Origin: Squalus acanthias
Taxonomy: Eukaryota
DNA: 64,000 bases
Direction: 5' to 3'
NCBI GenBank assembly: GCA_030390025.1
Contig: CM059453.1
Location: forward strand, 6,014,001-6,078,000
Shown here: one piece after another, positions 24,973 through 36,652 of the stretch
Layout: each line of letters begins with the position of its first letter
How positions within the stretch are numbered: the first letter of the stretch is position 1
The notes under the pieces: generated by a model
Seen by the model: the letters and a program-made list of their open reading frames with translations, nothing else
Told to the model about the DNA's origin: nothing
Database searches by the model: none
Made by a program: the position numbers and the translations under genes

Positions 24973-27900
24973 GTAAATTTATATTGTTTTTAATAATTCT
25001 GCAAAAGGTGATTTATATCTTTTGGGTAAGGAACTGAAAAATACCGAATATAAATGATTTTTGGTGATTGATTTTAAAACTGGTGAATTAGGAATTTCAG
25101 GTGTATTCAACACACCCCTTGTTGGTGTATTATTGTGTTTGGTTGCCGATTCAAATAATATTTAAATATATGGCTTTTCAAGTAATATTTATGTAGTATT
25201 ATAATGCACATTGAATAACATTTTAATTCATATTTATTGAGAAAGCAAGGGGAGAATCAATAGATTTTTTATATATATAGAGCAATAATTTAACATATAT
25301 TTAATGCGTTTTTATTGGGCATTGGCTTGCTTGTTAGCGGATATGAATTTGGTTTTTAGATGAGTATTAAATTGTATATTATTGGTTCATAAATCTCCTA
25401 TCAAATAGGTATTCCAATAAACATTTTAATACGTGTTGTGATTGGTATTGAATTAGTATTTTAAATGATTTTGAAAAGGCCTTAACTGATACTTAAATTG
25501 CGATGGGCGCTTTTTTTTATTCTTTCATGGGATGTGCGCGTCGCTGGCGAGGCCAGCCTTTATTGCCCATCCCTAATTGCCCTTGAGAAGTTGGTGGTGA
25601 TCTGCCTTCTTGGACCGCTGCAATCCGTGTGGTGAAGTTAGAACCATACTGCTTGTTTGTCAATTAACACTTACTTTAATGGAACGTTAAGATGTTGCAA
25701 AGCATTTTAAATAGATACTGACATGGGTTCTCATGTTCCTTTTTCTCAGTTGTTTGCAGTGCTCAATGCTCTGTGGTGATGCCAAAAGTTGTGTCGGCGG
25801 TGTTGGGTTCATGTGTAGAGATCCCGTGTACATTTCATAATCTCGTCTATCACACTAAACCAACCGTGAGCTGGATAAAGTTGGGCTCTGGTGGTGTATT
25901 CCGCAAAATCTACATTATCTATGATTCTAAAGATCCACACAGGAAGGATTACAACTATCATGGAAGAGCTGAGTTTAAGGGCAACATTTCAGCTGAACAA
26001 TGTTCCCTCCTGATAAAGGACATCAGGAAGAGTGATGAGGGTACATATCATCTCATCCTGGAATTCCCTTTGGACTACTATACTGATAAAAATCGCACTG
26101 ACGATGCTCAAGTCTCTCTTTCTATTTCGGGTTAGTTTTCCCTTTGATCCTTTCAGTACATTTTCACTCCAGTGCTTCAGTCTGATTCAACCTATGTGCA
26201 AAGTGTGCAAATTTTATAAAGTCGCTGGCCGATCTCAAAGGGTAGTTGCAACACAGGGTGCAGGGATACTGATAATGGACGCAGTGGTTCATATCCGAAA
26301 CACAGAAATATCTAGAAATTACAGCAGTAAAACAGACCGTTCGGCCCAGCCAGTCCATGTTGCTGTTTATCGTTCACATGAGCCACACTCCGAATCGCAT
26401 GTGTCTGCTCAGTTCCCACATCTCTGTATTGCAATTCCCTTCAATCACCTGTCGAACCTATTCTGAAATGTTCACATGAGGATAGATGTGTAACTTTTTG
26501 ATGGGACGTAAGACTGACGGTGTTGATCTACACCTGAAATAGAAATCAGTTGCTCATTATTTCCAGACCCGGACGGCAAGTTCAAATTCTGCCTCAGTCT
26601 GGTTCTATCCCCGCTGTCCCGTTGCTTTATACGTTTAGGCACTGCTGTTAAATCATCCCAAAATCTGTTGTAGCCTAATGAGGTCTGGCTCCAAACTTAA
26701 AGACTTCCTTGGTGTTGCTCGTTCCTCATACCAGCCAGAAACCACGCGAATCTGCCTTGCAGGCATCTCATAGCCTGGAGTCCCAAACAGACATTCAAAT
26801 TCCATCTGTGAGTTGTATGTGCCTCATATTTCCCCATTCTACTCTCTCTCCTTGAACACTTTGAAACTCCCTTTAGTACCCAGAGTTATTTACTGGGAGA
26901 CGTAATTTCAAGTTTTGCTTGGGTGTCAAACTGGCGATATAGGATGAGTCTTTCATTTGAAACCACGCCATATTTCCTTTTCTATGTAATGCAATGGAAA
27001 GTAAAAACAGTCGGGTTTGTATAATAGGAGTACGATGAGATATTGCCAGTTTTACACCATTTTCATTTGTTAACCTTATCCCCTACTTCTGCTATTATTT
27101 ACTGTCGGGACATTTGGACATCACTAACTCCAGCGCTATATACAAATAATCTATGTACACAGTGAATAAAAGCAATTAATGAACTCAACCTTTTGGGACA
27201 CCGTCCTCAGTTACCAACCATTCTGAGCAACTGCACTTAACGGCGACTCACTATCATCCCTTCCAAACAGTTGTATTGCAATTTCTACCTTATCCTTAAT
27301 TCCAAACTTTTCCAATGATCTCCTGTATTTACCGTCGGCAATGGCTTGCTGGTTACATTTTTAATTACTTTTGTTTGAAGCGTTTTAGGACGTTCCGAAA
27401 GCTATAAACGCACTTAATAAATGCACTCTTTTTTCTTGCCTTTCCCTAGTCAGAGCTCAGTTACCCCACTTTTAATTAGATCTGAATTCCAAAGTACATT
27501 TTACAGTTATGCGAAAGTGAGTTCAAATTATGATATATTTGTTCATTCTGATCACACGTCACCAACATGCTATTTCTCCTGAAGGTTTCATGAGATTTAC
27601 ACGCGAGGTATCTGCTGTGTTTCTCAAGCACAATCTATGTTACCTGTCGTTTTCAGTTCTGTTCATTTCTTGAGCATCAGCTTTCTATATTGACCTTTCT
27701 TTGCATCGTAATTTTGGGCCTCTCTGTGTCTGCATTAGTCACAATCTCACTGGTAAGTGCTGATGCAAAGATAGGCACATGAAAGAATCAAATACTTGTG
27801 ATACTTGTAGAGATAACCTTGATTTTAATTCCTGCGTGCAAAACTGATCTAAAGGTACCACAACCATAATTTGATAATGTAGGTGATAAAGCGACGGATA

Positions 27901-30900
27901 TTTAATTACCAGAGGTTATATATTGCCCGGTGAGGCATTAAAATACCTTTTAACTCCAAGGCGTAATTTAGAATAGCGAACTCACTTGCAACACTTAACA
28001 GACAAAAAAATACAAAATGTATTCCTTTTTAAAATTCTTTATCAGATTGAGTTGGAGCAGATCACTTGCCCGTTTTAAGATTGAAATGAACCTAACACGC
28101 GCGTTTGCTCCTACTCTTATAGAAAAGCCAGAGATTTCAGGTTATGGGGAACTGACCGCTGGACAAACTGCACGACTGACCTGTTCCATCATCCACTACT
28201 GCCCGGAGGGCAACCTGCAACTTAAGTGGATGAATTACAATGTGTCCCTGCCTCTTCCATGGTCTACTCAAGATGGAACAGAAATAATCAATGAACGTTT
28301 TGGTTCTCGGAGAATTTCATCCTTGATCACCTTCACTCCATCATCTGCTCATCACGGAGCAGTTCTGGGATGCACAATTTTGAATGGTGATATCCCAACT
28401 CCTTCTCTCCAAACTCGTACCTTGATGATTAAGTGTAAGTATCTGCTCTAAAGGTAATAGATATAACCTACCGGACAAGGGTTTTTATTATTTATAATTC
28501 CATCCTGAACAATTTAATAAGGGTTTAGGACCGCATCAAATAATGTATTGAGAAAAAATGACCTTTGTACTCTAAGTTTTCACCTGGAAAATTAATGAAT
28601 CGGAAGGCTGCTCAAGCCAATCCTCATAGCAAACTATTTTAGGAAGATTCTGAGCTATAATTGAATGCTGGGGGCTGCCAGAGTTTGGCTTATGTGATTG
28701 TTAGTTCGTATTCTAAGGACTTCCAGTGACGTTCTGAGTGAAATCAGTCATAAAAGCATTAATAAAGGAAATGGCGAGTAATCTAAAGCTGATCTCTGCG
28801 ATGATCTCCGATCGGGCTTCAGAATTGGCCTGAATGAGTTATCAGAGTTAACGTACGTACACCACCAAATGAACAAAAGGGGAAGGGTGGGGTACATTGT
28901 CCAGGAAATATACATTATTTTATAACTTTAAACTGACAGACAATAAAGGTTAGATGTTTTCATTTCATAACGACCCAATATCAATATTTCATGAGGAGCG
29001 AAATCATGCTGACTGAATATTCACGTTTTACATTAATACCTATTTCAGATGGACTGGAAATACCAATCGTCAATTCCTCTATAGCAGCTGTGGAAGGAAC
29101 CTCATTATTATTATACTGCACCGCCTGGGGGAAGCCTCTGGCCAGCTTGAGATGGGTGAAAAATGGTGAAGAGATCAGCAGATCTTCCACTGGTGAACTA
29201 AAGCAGATATTCCGCAACATTAGTTCTGAGGATGACGGTGAATATTGTTGCATAGCTCAAAATGCCCAGGGCACCACCAACCGCTCCACACGGATTTCTC
29301 TACAATGTAAGTATGTATGAATTTATCAATTAGATAGTAAGCTTTCAGTTCACGAACTCTGGATTAAATTCCAAATTCCTCTTGCCTGCTTGCTGGAAGG
29401 CGCACATGTTCATGAGTTTGGGATAGTGTCACCACTTCCTGCAGAAAAAGCGCAAAAGAATCTCAATGGTTCCAATAATGGAAACCAGCCTGGCCTCTAG
29501 CTCAGTGTGACAGGATTGGAAGATGGCACAATGTGGCATAAATGCATCATGTTGTACATTTATGAAGTTGCGACAGGAGCACATTTACTGGTAACTTTAC
29601 TCTGAATCTAAATGTTCATAAATATTAATCGTAGTCTGAAGAAAGCAATTTTCCAATTCTTAGAACGCCAATCCCACATTTTGATAAGATTAAATTCTCT
29701 CAAAATTATCTAATAAAATGGTGTAAAGCCACCTTCCGTTACTTGTATTAATGTTGAGTTAGGTCCTTTGAACTGTCGCCTTGTAAGCCGGACATTTATT
29801 GAAGAAACATGTTAGTCCACCACAAACGAAGATGATTCAAATCCTGCCTAAAGAGAAGAAATTGAAATTAATTAACCTTTTATATCAGTGACGGGGGAAT
29901 CAAGTTTGTGTGTATATTTTACATAATTAACACTCTGAGCTTGCTCCGTCTGAGGTTCCCCCACAACATTTGCCAGGACAAGTATGGTTGGACTGAACAC
30001 TCATTGGGTTTAACATGAAATTATTCCTTACGTGCGCTCACCTGTTACAAGTGAAAATATAATAAGCCACCAACTGGTGCAGCAAAGTTTGCTTTGCATT
30101 AAAATAGCACCTACCAGAACTATTATGGTTAGTTCAACTAATGACTTAATTGTACTCGACACTACAACTGTTTTACATGAGCATTTCCTACTGATGTTTC
30201 CATCTTTTTAGATAAACCCACAATTTTAGCAGGCCCGACATGCAGCAGCTCTGAGAACTGGATTAATTGTACCTGCCGCATCAGAGCCAATCCAACGGGA
30301 AACATCACATGGAGCCTCAATGGGAGAATTCTCACTGAGAACACGTCACATTTGGAAGTAATCTCTTGGGCGGTGAATAATCGTCTCGTGGAGAGCTCCC
30401 TGAGATTGACTCACCCAACCGGAACCGGAAACCTGATCTCATGTGTTGCAGCAAACGAGCACGGTGATTCTGTCAGTAAATACCAGCTCAACTCTAAGGG
30501 TACATGTTTAATCTGTCTGTAATTTAATACTATAAGTGAATTGTTCGAATACTGGTCAGTCACTAAGTGAAAGGTGATAGTGTCAGAAAAAAACGGTTCC
30601 ATTCAGCAGGTCCACACTGAATCTATCCAGAACTAGTGTAAGGACCACTTTCCATCAGTGGCCAGTTACCAACTGAACCATGTTATGCATTTCAACTTTG
30701 AGTCTTCTGAAATATGCTGCGATTTTATTTTCCAACATGAAATGAAATTATCTGAGCACCAGAAGTAGCATGAGCGCTTGAAAAATAGCATTTTCTGCAT
30801 TAAGATAAACACTTTAGAAAATCCGAATTCTGCTCACTCGTCCCCGGATTCTGTTCCTGTTCCACACGACTGCCTACTTCACACAAGTGTAGTTCACAGT

Positions 30901-32786
30901 GGGGTAAGAGCCACATAACAGGCACAAATAATGAATGACGACGGTGTTTTTTACCCCCAGAATTTCCAAAACAGCGGTTGTAGAAAGCAAGAAGTGTCCA
31001 ATCCCCGTAGTTCCCGACATACCAATAAAACTGTTGGTGGCGACAGGGTGAACTGGTTGCTCTCCTGTCTTGCCTGTTCAGTTTGTCCTACCGCTGCACG
31101 CCCTTCCCCCACCCAGCGGACAAGGAATTTTAGGCCCTATATTATCTGGTTACAGAACCGTTTTTATTTAATACATGTTCATGATTTCAGAATATCAAAA
31201 GCTGTGTTGTAATATCAATGTCCTAATATGGAGCATTTTTTTCTCACATTAGCTAAATTGTCCTGGATACATGTCTGCCTGACTGGATTAACAACTCTCC
31301 TTTATATCATCCTGACTGTAGCCTTCGTTGCCGAGCAGATGCGGATGTGCAGGTGGTTTTATAATTCGATAGACGGGTAGTATGGGGGAATATCATACAA
31401 AACGGACATAGACATCGGGAAACGCTCCAAATACGAATCATGGTTGACACAAATCACCGACTCAGAGAAGGGAGTGTTTGGGCTGAGCTGGAAGGTGTGG
31501 AGGAGAGAGTAAGGTGGGAGCTAGATCCTGCCGCACAGAAAAGCCAGTTTCACATTGACGCCTGTATAGTTCGGATGATGGGAAGCAATATTAAATTTAC
31601 TCTTATCCTCGTAAATAAATTATAGCTTCATGAACAGGTAAATGCTCCCTCTCCTGGACGGGGATATATGGGTATTGGGCGTAAAATATCGTCTTAACTC
31701 AAACTGGAAAATGTATATTTTAAATCTGCATGTGTCTAAACTCGCATAACGGAATGCATCGACTCAAGAACCGATGAAATGAAAGTGATATTTTGAAATG
31801 TAGGCGGGCAATCAGCGAAAACCAAATAAATTGTCTCAGGCTAGACAGGAAACGTGCGTTTATGAAATGTGCCCATGTCTTTCATAGGAATCCAAACACT
31901 CTCAATAAAACCAATCTAGTGGGAAATTCCTCTCGTGGCCCTTACTTGATCACATTCGAACTGTGGTCAGTAAGTGAGACGTGCACAAGGAATCTTCAAA
32001 CATATGTTTCTGATGTACACATGAATACATCTTTTCTCTCCTATCATTAACTGTTTGATTTATAACAAATCATTTTTCAGGAAGAAATCTGCAGAGGCAA
32101 GGGTATCTCCAGGACAGATCAAAGACGCAGCGCCCAGCAGTGTCATATGGACAGCTTCGAATGCCCAGGTGACTGTGGCGAGGTTAACTGTTTCAGTATT
32201 GTAGTTATCTATAGAAAAATAGGAAATTCCGGAAATATTCAGCAGATCAGCCAGCATCGCTGCAGAGAGAAACAGACTTAACGTTTCAAGTCGCTGACCT
32301 TTCATCAGAACAGATGTTGGGCAGTGAGCCTGATGGAGTGGTCAATATTATTATATTGATGATTACATATTAGATTTTTCATAGATTGTAAATCACCAAT
32401 CACGTTAGGTTTAATTTTTAATCCAAATATCAAAGATAGCCTGCATCTGATAAGGTACGAACTACCTTAGGGGTTGGATGTAAACTGTAGGGGCACTATA
32501 ACAAGTAGATTTCCTCTGATTAGTTTCTGCACCAGAAAGATAAGAACCGGAGACAATGTTCTTAAAGTATAAACGGATCTACATACAGCGACCACTGATT
32601 CAACTTGCGTGACTGTATATCAACGCAAATTCTGCAACTAACTAAGCAGAAATATACGAATCCTGAGCGAATAATAAAAGCACATCAGCTTAGATTCCGC
32701 ATTTTATTGAGTTCACACCTGGTTTAACTCCATTGCTGCTGTTTATGTTACAGAGTGACGATGGACATGCAGAAGTGCAACTTTAG
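24930..32786 (+). CDS. Gene B: intact Siglec-like receptor, 8 coding exons (24930-24972, 25750-26130, 28123-28434, 29049-29306, 30212-30499, 31253-31352, 32081-32168, 32754-32786), 500 aa, V plus 3 C2, TM, Tyr-free tail
   Basis: All introns GT-AG with compatible phases. Exon lengths sum to 1503 nt and I found no internal stop on manual translation. Confidence 0.82.
25750..26130 (+). CDS. Gene B: Siglec-type V-set exon
   Basis: 381 bp. GSCVEIPCTF (B-strand Cys pair), GRAEFKGN, QCSLLIKDI (E-strand Cys) and DEGTY with no F-strand Cys give the Siglec V-set disulfide pattern. Confidence 0.92.
28123..28434 (+). CDS. Gene B: first C2-set exon
   Basis: 312 bp. LTCSIIHYCP carries the extra Cys for the Siglec V-C2 interdomain disulfide, followed by ITFTPSSAHHGAVLGC. 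Confidence 0.92.
29049..29306 (+). CDS. Gene B: second C2-set exon
   Basis: 258-bp paralog of 211-468 with canonical splice sites. Confidence 0.92.
30212..30499 (+). CDS. Gene B: third C2-set exon
   Basis: 288 bp, open frame YKPTILAGPTC..SKYQLNSK. Missed by the ORF track because it has no start codon. Confidence 0.9.
31253..31352 (+). CDS. Gene B: transmembrane exon (B-type, with His and Glu)
   Basis: cattag acceptor and AG|gtggtt donor, 100 bp, phase 1-2. Reads AKLSWIHVCLTGLTTLLYIILTVAFVAEQMRMCR. Conserved at 51722. Confidence 0.78.
32081..32168 (+). CDS. Gene B: cytoplasmic exon lacking the ITIM
   Basis: 88 bp, phase 2-0, same size as 4117-4204. Reads KKSAEARVSPGQIKDAAPSSVIWTASNAQ, with no Tyr. 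Confidence 0.78.
32754..32786 (+). CDS. Gene B: truncated terminal exon (SDDGHAEVQL*)
   Basis: gttacag acceptor homologous to 5928, with TAG at 32784-32786. Same stop position in gene D. AATAAA at 33631 and 33643. Confidence 0.7.
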   Translation, partial: SDDGHAEVQL

Positions 32787-35600
32787 TTTATTCTCTAGAT
32801 CGAAACCAGTTAAGAAGAAAGATTATATACGCAACTGGAAGATTCTCAATACTGCGATTATTTATGGATATATCCACCACGAGGACACCTGAGTATGGAA
32901 CAATTATATCTAACTGAAAACGATTAATGTATAATAGCAAAATTCCAAGAATGCTGGAAATCTCAGTAGAAACAGAAAACGCTGGGAGCGCTCAGCAGGT
33001 CATGCAGCTTCTGTGGAGAGAAAAGCAGTGTTAACGTTTCAGGTCGATGGCCTTTCTTCAGAACGATTTATAGATAGACCGTTAGGGCAGCGGTGTTGCT
33101 ATAACTCCGCTGCTTTCGAACGCTGTAGAGATGCCTCTGAGAATGTACATCTTTCAGGGTACATTTAATAACTTCACTGCTGTATGTTGGAAGCTTTAAT
33201 TTACAATCACAAACGTTTATCCCACTGTATTTCCATTAGTTTTCAAAATCCTGACAGAATGGGACTTAACTTTTGAGGCAAATTGGGATTTTCTTTTAAA
33301 GTGCAACGCATTGCTACAGGTGTGTAATTACTGCAGGAATTCACAAGGGGTCAGGGCACGGCCTTTGTCCTCCAAATTTAGGAAGGACTCACTTCCTTTA
33401 GACATTATCAATATTGTGAACTTTTCGCTACATCGAGACACAGTTTGTAAAAGGCTGGACCGAGTGCGAGTGAGCAGAATAGAGGCAATTGAAAACACCC
33501 TACAGAAGGTATATCTCGTCACTTTTCCAAAACCCCACTGAAAAAGGTTATAGCTTTAAAGGCGCTGACGGGAGGGATGGCAGGCAACTTGACTAAATAG
33601 AGGATATTTCATTTTGTTTTACAATTTTGCAATAAACTTTTGAATAAAACATTTTTCAAATCTCTTACATTTTCACACACAGCATTGGCGTCCCAGCCTC
33701 ACAATAGCACAGCCTACTGTACCAGTATGATATGTTATTTCTGTTAAAATCTTAGATCAGTGAATAATGATAGTTTGAGCGAGCAATACTCTAAAACATA
33801 TGACCTGGTGCCATTAATTTATTAGATCAGATTGCAGTGGAAGTCGGGCGTTGCATAGAGAAATATCTCTATCTCCTAGAAGATAGGAGCAGGAGTAGGC
33901 CATTCGGCCCCTCGAGCATGCTCCGCCATTTAATGAGATCATGGCTGATCATCCAAATTCAGTACACTGCCCCTGATTTCTCCCCATATCCCTTAATCCC
34001 TTTAGCCTTAAGAAATATATGTCATGGTGACCAAAGGAGACGTATCATCGACGCTTTCTTTAGTTTGGATGCATTCCTTTAATTGAAGCACGGGCTTACA
34101 GCCATGGGGTGCAATTAATGTCCTCCTTTCTGAGTTATTCGAAAAACTGAACCCTGATCTTTCATGTTGCCCTCAAACAGGCGGCGATGTTAAAAACTTG
34201 ATTTTTTTTCCTCTTTAGCGTTTCAGAAGTTATTATTTGATTTCCAGTTGAAGAACGTCATTAGGGTTCATAAAGGGGGATGGGTAAATGAGCCAAAGGT
34301 GTTGTCCTGGCAAAAATATGCAGTTATCATTTAATGCACTTCCTGACTAAGGCATTGCTGTACTGCTAATCATCCTCTGCCTTTCCCTTTCCACTGAATC
34401 CAAAGGAGAATAAAATTGGCTTGGGCCTAAAACCGAGTGCCGATTTGCTATCGATAGATTTATATTACCGCGAAGACCAATTTCAACCCGGGAAATATTT
34501 CCACTTTACAGCCGGGTGAGAAACGTGCAGGAGAGCTCGACCCAGCATGAAACCCCCCGCCCCATGTTCATTCACGTTGTATTCAAATAATAAATCAACT
34601 GACCACTGTCTCTGGCTAAGTTGATTTTAAGATCCGGGCCCTTTGTCCCAATTGGAATAAATAGTTCGGTCCTGAACCACGTCACTTTCATTCCACTTGC
34701 TCCCAGTGAAATTTGTAGAAATAATGGTTGAGCATTACTATGTATCCAGGATTGTACCCACACTGATCAGGTTGCAGGACCTGTTGTTTCAATCACTTTC
34801 AGCTATATATTTTTCAGCGGTTGAAGCATTTTCGACAAAAAAAGCTTCAAGTTCATTTTACACGTCCCTAATTTGCAAGAAAAGCACTGGAACAAATAGG
34901 GTGGATATTCTGTTAAGTTCTGCAAAATTACAGAGCTTGAGTGTGAATGTAAAGATTTAAATCAATTGAAAGAAAGGCTGTTTACCACAGCGGCAAACGG
35001 TTTACTGTCAAACAGCTCCTATATATGACGTCACAGATGCAAATTGGAGCGCTCATTAAAGAGGGTGACGAAACCACACGTCGACAGACTGCAGCAGGCA
35101 AACTTAATTTAGTTAACAACTCTTCAACATTCATCTCGTATTAGCTGCCAGAATGCTGAATATGTGTGAAATGTGATTCAGAGTCGTCTGCAAGCGTGGG
35201 CGGTGCCATTCTGACGCAGATGCCAATTTATCAATATCATAAATAACAGTGCATTTGGTGTTTGTTTGTGTTTGTAAGCGAGAGAGAGGGAGATGCTTTT
35301 TTCTGTATTAATTATTATTTAATAACTGTTGGACATACTATAACATCATATTCATTAACAGTCGGTCACACGCAGCACATTCACATGATGTGCTAGCTGC
35401 CTACCTCACCGACGGAGCTGATTGAGTGAGCACTGTTCCTAAACATCGGTAGGAACCGAAACGGACTTCCCCGATAGTCTCATGCTGATTCGCAAAGAAA
35501 TCCAAGATGTGACTGGAAAGCAAAATGCTGAAATCTGAATGGTGTTAATTGTGAACTGTGTTCTTCATTTTGCTCGTGAAATCGGCAGCAGTTTCCAGCC

Positions 35601-36652
35601 ATGGGGAGTTGCGTGTTGCTGTCGCTCATGATGTTGACAGAAGGTACATTTGTGATGTTTTGTTTCCAATTTCTACAACAAGTGATTTATATCTTGTGGG
35701 AAAGCAACAGAAAAAGACCGCATATGAATGATTTTCTGTTATTGATTTCAAAACATGTGAAATAGGAATTTCATGATTGTTTAACACGTGCGTTGTTGCT
35801 GTATTATAGCTTCTTAAAGCCTATTCAAATAATCTTTAAATATAGGGCTTTTCAAATTATATTTAATGAGTACTGTAAAGCATGATTTAATAACATTTTA
35901 CTCCATATTTATTGAGTGAATCAAAGTAGAATCAATAGTTGTTTAATATTTTTTGATCATAATTTTAACGCATATTTAATGTGCATTTTTATTGGGCGTC
36001 CGCTTACTTGTTAGTGGATATGTATTCGGTTTTTAGATGAGTATTAAATAAGTATATTACCGGTTCCTAAATCTCCCATCAAATAGGCATTCCTATGACC
36101 ATTTCAACAGGTGTTGGAATTGAAATGTATTTAGTATTTTTTCCTGATTTGAAAAGACCTTCACTTATATTTTAATTGCTATTGTGATGGGCGATTATCT
36201 GTCAATTAAAAAATACATTAAGATGTTGAAATGTATTTTGAATTAAAGTATGTCTAATTTATTTTTCTCAGTTGTTTGCAGTGCTCAATGCGCTGTGGTG
36301 ATGCCAAAAGTTGTGTCGGCGGTGGCCGGTTCATGTGCAGAGATCCGGTGTACGTTTGATAATCTAGTCTATAGCGATATCGCTGGTGTGATGTGGTTAA
36401 AGAGGGAACCTGGTTCTGGTACCCCAGGTTACTCCATTATCTATGATACTAAAGATCCATCCAGGCAGCATTATAACTATCGTGGAAGAGCTGAGTTCAA
36501 GGCCAACATTGCAAAGAAACAACGTACCTTCCTGCTGAAGGATATCAGGAAGAGTGATGAGGGTACATACGAATTCACCATGGAGTTTGCTTCGGCCTGG
36601 TATACGAATAGACGTCGCACTCAGCGTTTTCAAGTCTCTGTTTCAGTTTTAG
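35601..36652 (+). pseudogene. Gene C: orphan leader (35601-35643) plus intact V-set exon (36272-36652), no downstream exons of its own
   Basis: Leader MGSCVLLSLMMLTE. The 381-bp V exon is open with a good G|gtgagt donor. Intron homology to gene E stops abruptly at 38306. Confidence 0.8.

Noticed and set aside
25750-26130. Rearranging Ig/TCR/IgNAR V segments
   Set aside because: No heptamer-nonamer RSS follows the V exons, there is no F-strand YYC, and each V ends in a normal splice donor.
24930-32786. Assigning the symbol MAG, CD22 or SIGLEC15
   Set aside because: Domain number, the missing Arg and the multicopy lineage-specific arrangement do not support 1:1 orthology without a phylogeny.
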